Positions 59,384 through 64,000 of a stretch of 64,000 nt of DNA are shown here, one piece after another. The DNA comes from Myxococcales bacterium. Its GTDB lineage: Bacteria > Myxococcota_A > Polyangia > Polyangiales > Polyangiaceae. Both the position numbers and the translations under genes were made by a program. Location of the stretch: NCBI GenBank assembly GCA_043747615.1, contig JAYTOU010000051.1, positions 14,110 through 78,109 of the forward strand. Direction: 5' to 3'. The notes below the pieces were generated by a model that did no database searches, was not told where the DNA came from, and worked only from the letters and a program-made list of their open reading frames with translations. Numbering within the stretch: position 1 is the first letter of the stretch; every line of letters starts with the position of its first letter.

Positions 59384-60302
59384 GCTGTTCACGACCATCG
59401 CGGCATCGGCCGCTCTCGTCGGTGTGAGCCGGCAGGCGCGCGCCCAAGCATGCTGTGCGGGGACGGGCGCCATCACTCCCGCACGACTGACGGCTCTCGA
59501 GGTCGCCCTCGTTGGAGTCCAGGTGAAAGGCGGTGCGAGCCTCGGGTCGTTCGACGGTGCGGGTCGCTACGCGTCGTCTCCGTCTGGCGCTTCCGAGCTC
59601 ACCTTCGAACAGGATTTGTTTGGAGCGCTGCGGGTGCTGAAACGCGGGCAAGTGGCCCTGGTGGTTCCACTCGTGGAGACGCGCCGCACGAGCCAGCACG
59701 TCGCCGAGACGGGCGGGGGGCTTGGTGATCTGAACGCCAGCTTTCGCTACGACTTCACGCTCGCCGGTGCGTCGAGCGTCATCCCGGGGATCGCCGCGCT
59801 CGCCGGAATCACCCTTCCTACAGGCACGCCGCCCGATGCCGCGAGCCTAGGACCCCTGGCCACAGGCGCGACGGGAATCGGCGCGTTCCAGCTCAATGTC
59901 GGCGCGGCAGTCGAACAGACCTTCGGGCGGTGGCGCGTCAACCTCACGGTCATCGCGGCTCAGCGCACGGCCCGCACTTTCGGGGCGCCGCCCAACGCCA
60001 TTCACGAACGACTCGGTGCCCAATGGACCACATTCGCGGCGGTCGCGTATACGATGCCGAGCGAGATCACCGTCGCCGTGAGCGCATCGTACGCGATCGA
60101 GGGGGACGCGACGATAGACGGCGTCGACAGGCTCGGCACCGCGCATCGTCTTCCCACCCTCACCCTCGCTGGCGTGCTCCCGCTGAGCGACACCTGGCGT
60201 CTTCAAGGAGCGATCTACGACAACCCGCCGATCGGGCCGCTCGGCTTGAACCAACCCGCAGGCGCTGGCTTGCTCCTGACTGCGGTGCGCTCGTGGATGT
60301 AA
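59355..60302 (+). CDS. Outer-membrane beta-barrel channel-like protein (MetA-pathway/phenol 'transporter'-like) with N-terminal Cys-Cys
   Basis: Signal peptide ending ARA-QACCAG; GGLGDL...RY, TLPTG, TGIG motifs. Confidence 0.7.
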   Translation: MRRHRSRFHKLFTTIAASAALVGVSRQARAQACCAGTGAITPARLTALEVALVGVQVKGGASLGSFDGAGRYASSPSGASELTFEQDLFGALRVLKRGQVALVVPLVETRRTSQHVAETGGGLGDLNASFRYDFTLAGASSVIPGIAALAGITLPTGTPPDAASLGPLATGATGIGAFQLNVGAAVEQTFGRWRVNLTVIAAQRTARTFGAPPNAIHERLGAQWTTFAAVAYTMPSEITVAVSASYAIEGDATIDGVDRLGTAHRLPTLTLAGVLPLSDTWRLQGAIYDNPPIGPLGLNQPAGAGLLLTAVRSWM

Positions 60303-60404
60303 ACGCACCCTGACACTACGAGTGTTGAGTCACGTACGCCACGGTCTCGCAAATTCGCCACACTCAATTACGCTGAAATACGCGCGATTGCCGTTTTCAG
60401 TGGC

Positions 60405-60421
60405 GGGGCCGTGAAATTGCA
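60405..60421 (+). promoter_or_regulatory. Possible sigma-54 promoter for the small membrane protein
   Basis: GG-CCGTGAAATT-GCA (GG-N10-GC), ending 13 nt before ATG 60434. Confidence 0.35.
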
Positions 60422-60433
60422 AAGGCCCCAGGC

Positions 60434-60589
60434 ATGTCTGATCTCGTTGTCATCATCCTCGTGGTTATTCTCCTTGGCGGCTGGGGCGGCGGACTCGCCC
60501 TCAACATCGGCGGGGGGTTCATTCACCTGCTCCTCGTCATCCTCGTGGTGGTCGTCGCGGTGCGACTCCTCCAAGGCCGCAGGGTCTAG
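60434..60589 (+). CDS. 51-aa lmo0937/DUF5670-like small membrane protein
   Basis: Manual translation (below the ORF-track cutoff): MSDLVVIILVVILLGGWGGGLALNIGGGFIHLLLVILVVVVAVRLLQGRRV. Confidence 0.85.
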   Translation: MSDLVVIILVVILLGGWGGGLALNIGGGFIHLLLVILVVVVAVRLLQGRRV

Positions 60590-60900
60590 TCACTCGCAGT
60601 TGCGCTCGTTGTCGGAAAAGCTTCGCGGGTCGCTTGGGGAATAGAAACGTCGTCATCGGCCGCGAATTCGTCGCGCGCGCCGGTGACGACGAACGGTCCA
60701 CCGAGCTCCTCCGTAGTGAGCTCGTCGCGAATGTCCTCCGCCATTTCTTCACCGGAGGTCACGGCGCTCACGAAGCTCTGGCCAAGTACGTTCGCTAGGT
60801 CATCCGAGGCTCGGCGATGGTTAGTGTCGCGGCCGAAAGGATCTGGGAGAAAGGCATCTGCATCGTCTGATCGTTCGTGCGGCGCGGGCTTTGTATTCAT
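60586..60900 (-). CDS. Small acidic hypothetical protein
   Basis: GAGG RBS; ADAFLPDP...DDLA..LG..F...TSGE...EELGGPF; coupled to the upstream response regulator. Confidence 0.7.
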   Translation of the reverse strand: MNTKPAPHERSDDADAFLPDPFGRDTNHRRASDDLANVLGQSFVSAVTSGEEMAEDIRDELTTEELGGPFVVTGARDEFAADDDVSIPQATREAFPTTSATASD

Positions 60901-61370
60901 GATTGGCCTCTGGGGTTGGATTGACTTTGAGCGACCGCGGACTTGTGTGACGCGGCCAACACTTCGATGACGTGACGAACGACCTCGGCTCCGTCCATAG
61001 GCTTGGCGAGGAAGCCATCGCAGCCGAGACCCTCTTCGCCCGGACCGGGAACGTCGTAGTGGTGCGCGCTCACCGCGATCACGGGCACGTGGCACGTTCG
61101 CGGATGTTGCTTGATGCGCCGTGTCGCCTCGTAGCCGTCGAGCTTCGGAAGGTGAAGGTCCATCAAGACCAGATCGGGCTGGAGCTCGATGGCCCGCTCG
61201 ACGCCCTCGAGCCCGTCGCTCGCCTCCGCAACGCGGAACCCCGAACGTCGGAGGAAGATCGCGTACGCCTGCCGGATGTCCTCATTGTCCTCGACGTACA
61301 GGATCAGATGGAATGCCTTTCGCGACGTGGCGGCGCTGCTCCAGCGTCGTTCTTTGGGTGTTCGCTCCAT
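60897..61370 (-). CDS. Single-domain response regulator (DivK/CheY-like)
   Basis: YVEDN, PDLVLMDLHLPKLDG, IAVSAH, GCDGFLAKP. Confidence 0.9.
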   Translation of the reverse strand: MERTPKERRWSSAATSRKAFHLILYVEDNEDIRQAYAIFLRRSGFRVAEASDGLEGVERAIELQPDLVLMDLHLPKLDGYEATRRIKQHPRTCHVPVIAVSAHHYDVPGPGEEGLGCDGFLAKPMDGAEVVRHVIEVLAASHKSAVAQSQSNPRGQS

Positions 61371-61755
61371 GACATCGTCCTTCCCTACCATCGCGCAAGC
61401 GCCGAGGCGTAGAACCCGCGTGGCATGCGCATCGTGATTGCGCGCCCGCGATCCGCTTTCGCGTCAGGTCTAAGCAAGCGACGCAAGAAACTATCCAAAT
61501 GGCTCAGAGAACCTGCGGTCCGTAAATCTAGGCAGATCGTCGGATGCGCGGCACGAGTGGAGCACGTCTGCGCGTAGCGTTCTGCCCCTCCTGAGGCGAG
61601 TCCGCGCGAACGTGACCGATGTAGAACGTGTCGTATGTGTCAGCTCGGCGGCATGGTCGTAGTGCGGGGCCAGATCATCGGGCGAGCTGTCGTGATGTTT
61701 CTTAGCGGCGTGCGATCCGTCGCGCGTCATGACACCGTCGCAGCGATCGCAGACC

Positions 61756-64000
61756 ATGAGTGACACGCGCGTGACCGATGGCATCGCAAGGAGCGGCAAG
61801 ACCCTGAAACAACGTTCCATCGCGCTTGCTCCATCAAGCGGAGTTTCCGCGCTTCGTCCCCCACGTGCCGATTCAATCGACGCAGGGCGGTTCGCGTTCA
61901 CCTTGCTCGTCGGAGCTTTGCTGCTCTTCTCCATCGAGCCGATCGTGGCGAAGATGCTCTTGCCGCTCCTCGGCGGCGCGCCCGCGATATGGACGACGTG
62001 CATGCTCTTCTTCCAGACGACGCTGCTCGTCGGCTACGGATATGCGCACGCAATGCCGGCGTGGATGGGGCTTCGCCGGTACGCGCTTTTGCACGCCGTG
62101 CTCGTCTTCGCGCCTCTCCTGGTTCTGCCGATCACGTTCAACGAGGTGTCCATCGCGGCGTGGTCGAGCACGAACCCCGTTGGGTCGCTTCTCCTGCTTT
62201 TGTCGACCCGCGTGGGCCCGCCGTTCTTCGTCTTGTCGACCACCGCGCCTCTCGTGCAACGCTGGTTTTTTCAGGCGAGCGCGGGGAAGGACCCCTACTT
62301 TCTCCAGGTCGCAAGCAGCGTTGGAAGCCTCGTCGCCCTCGCCGCGTACCCGCTCTTCCTCGAACCGCTGATCGGTCTTCGCGCGCAGGGTGAGCTCTGG
62401 CAGGCGGTGTACCTGCTCTTCGCCGTCCTCGTCGCGTCGTGCGCTCTCGCCGTGTGGCGCACGCCATCCGTGCCCGCGTCACTCGCGCCGTCGACGGAGG
62501 AAGCTTTCTCTCGGCAGCGCATCCTCCGCTGGCTCGCGCTGGCGTTCGTTCCGTCGAGCCTTCTCTACGGCGTCACTACGTATCTCACGACGGACATCGC
62601 CTCCATCCCTCTCCTCTGGGTGGTACCGCTCGGACTCTACTTGCTCACGTTTGCGCTCGTTTTCGCGAGAACACCGCCTCTTTCCCAGCGATCCATGACG
62701 CGACTCTTGCCGCTTGCGGTCACCTTTGCGGCCCTGGCTCTCATCGCCGAGGTGACGCGGCCGGCATGGCTCGTCGTCCTCGTGCACCTAACCATGTTCT
62801 TTTTATCCTGCATGGTCTGCCACGGTGCGCTCGCTCACGATCGGCCCTCCGGCGACAAGCTCACCGCATTCTATTTCTTTCTCTCCGCCGGCGGCGTTCT
62901 CGGCGGCGTCTTCAATGCCCTCGTGGCGCCCGCGATATTTGCGGGGCTCGCCGAGTACCCGATCGCGATGGTGCTCGTCTGTATTTGCCTTCCGGTCGGC
63001 GTGTCGTCACGTCGGCTCTACTACGCGATTCCGATCGGCCTCTGCGCGCTCGTGGCGGCGCTCGCGTTCGGTGGCCGGCTAGCTCCGGCACGAGCTACCG
63101 GGCTCGCCGTTGCCGTGGTGTGCGGCGTTCCGCTTCTGCTCAACTACGCGCAGTCTCATCGACCGCTACGTTTCGCCCTCGGAATCGCCGCCATTCTCGC
63201 GCTCGGAACCGCATACGTCGGCGCGCGCTCTCCTTTGCTGACCCGCGAGCGAAGCCTCTTTGGCGTAGTAACGGTCACGCGCGACGCGACCGGCAAATTC
63301 GTGGAGCTCACCAACGGCAACACGCTGCATGGTCGGCAGAGCACCGTGCGCGAGCGGCGACGCGAAGCCCTCGGTTACTACCATCCGACCGGTCCCCTCG
63401 GCTCCCTCTTCGCGGCCTACGATCAGAGCCCCGCGGCCCACGCCGTCGGCGTGATCGGGCTCGGAGCCGGAACCATGGCTAGCTACGCGAGGGCCGGCTC
63501 TACGTGGACGTTCTACGAGCTCAATCCGTTCGTCGTTCGGATCGCCGAAGACCCGAAATACTTCACCTACCTCGCCGACGCATTTCCGGAGCCGCACGCA
63601 GGCGCGCTCACGATCGTCGTCGGTGACGCCCGACTCCGTCTTCGCGATGCGGCCGCTGGCGTCTACGGCTTGCTCGTCGTCGACGCTTTTAGCTCCGACG
63701 CCATTCCGGTTCACCTCCTTACGCGCGAGGCGATTGCCCTCTATTTCCAGAAAATCGCGGTGCATGGCATGCTCGCGCTCCACGTTTCGAATCGGTATTT
63801 CGACTTGAAGCCGGTCGTCCTGGCCCTCGCGCGCGATGCGGGTCTCACGGCGCGATCGAACGACGACATAGACATCGACGCCGCGCTGTTTGCGCAGGGG
63901 AAGTCGCCGTCGCAGTGGCTCGTGCTCGCTCGCGAAGATGCCGACGTACGCGCGCTCGAAGCGCTGGACCCGCGCTGGGCTACCTTGGCCGCGGAGGCTC
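61756..64000 (+). CDS. Fused MFS-like/spermidine synthase membrane protein (3' end outside the window)
   Basis: Open frame not in the ORF track: LLFSIEPIVAKMLLPLLGGAPAIW, DPYFL, GNTLHG.Q, IGLGAGT, YELNP, GDARL, VDAFSSDAIPVHLLT, HVSNRY. Start uncertain. Confidence 0.9.
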   Translation, partial: MSDTRVTDGIARSGKTLKQRSIALAPSSGVSALRPPRADSIDAGRFAFTLLVGALLLFSIEPIVAKMLLPLLGGAPAIWTTCMLFFQTTLLVGYGYAHAMPAWMGLRRYALLHAVLVFAPLLVLPITFNEVSIAAWSSTNPVGSLLLLLSTRVGPPFFVLSTTAPLVQRWFFQASAGKDPYFLQVASSVGSLVALAAYPLFLEPLIGLRAQGELWQAVYLLFAVLVASCALAVWRTPSVPASLAPSTEEAFSRQRILRWLALAFVPSSLLYGVTTYLTTDIASIPLLWVVPLGLYLLTFALVFARTPPLSQRSMTRLLPLAVTFAALALIAEVTRPAWLVVLVHLTMFFLSCMVCHGALAHDRPSGDKLTAFYFFLSAGGVLGGVFNALVAPAIFAGLAEYPIAMVLVCICLPVGVSSRRLYYAIPIGLCALVAALAFGGRLAPARATGLAVAVVCGVPLLLNYAQSHRPLRFALGIAAILALGTAYVGARSPLLTRERSLFGVVTVTRDATGKFVELTNGNTLHGRQSTVRERRREALGYYHPTGPLGSLFAAYDQSPAAHAVGVIGLGAGTMASYARAGSTWTFYELNPFVVRIAEDPKYFTYLADAFPEPHAGALTIVVGDARLRLRDAAAGVYGLLVVDAFSSDAIPVHLLTREAIALYFQKIAVHGMLALHVSNRYFDLKPVVLALARDAGLTARSNDDIDIDAALFAQGKSPSQWLVLAREDADVRALEALDPRWATLAAEA

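Noticed and set aside
61491..61790. His-containing minus-strand peptide (HAAKKHHD...HYDHAAE)
   Set aside because: It may be a decayed His-rich small protein, but it has no clear start and the similarity is too weak.

Overview
GC-rich bacterial chromosomal segment. The gene content points to Myxococcota, probably Polyangiaceae/Labilithrix-like (inference): five Hanks-type kinase genes, an FHA-sigma54 activator, an AgmX/PglI-like domain and many Cys-rich lipoproteins with DGG/DAG linkers. Recognisable modules are dienelactone hydrolase, lpxC, an osmC-oxyR-katG cluster with a clear OxyR box, an RND/MFP/TetR efflux operon with a palindromic operator, a PPP phosphatase-PilZ fusion, phosphoesterase and PLD lipoproteins, and an MFS/spermidine-synthase fusion cut by the window end. 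The best candidate for an undescribed system is at 55.3-60.3 kb. There a DUF3570 barrel and a DUF4266 peptide are co-transcribed with three haem-motif lipoproteins and a His/Cys-rich YtkA-like protein, facing a second YtkA/FixH-like lipoprotein and a Cys-Cys beta-barrel. The ApbE/thioredoxin partners usual for DUF3570/DUF4266 are absent from this window. Other notable items are a pseudokinase-nSTAND1-TM-AgmX receptor, a secreted 11+11 heptad Asp-core coiled coil, a candidate sRNA, widespread leaderless-type -10 boxes and many deletion-scarred pseudogenes. No rRNA, tRNA, CRISPR array or mobile element was recognised. All family assignments come from motif recognition by eye, not database searches.
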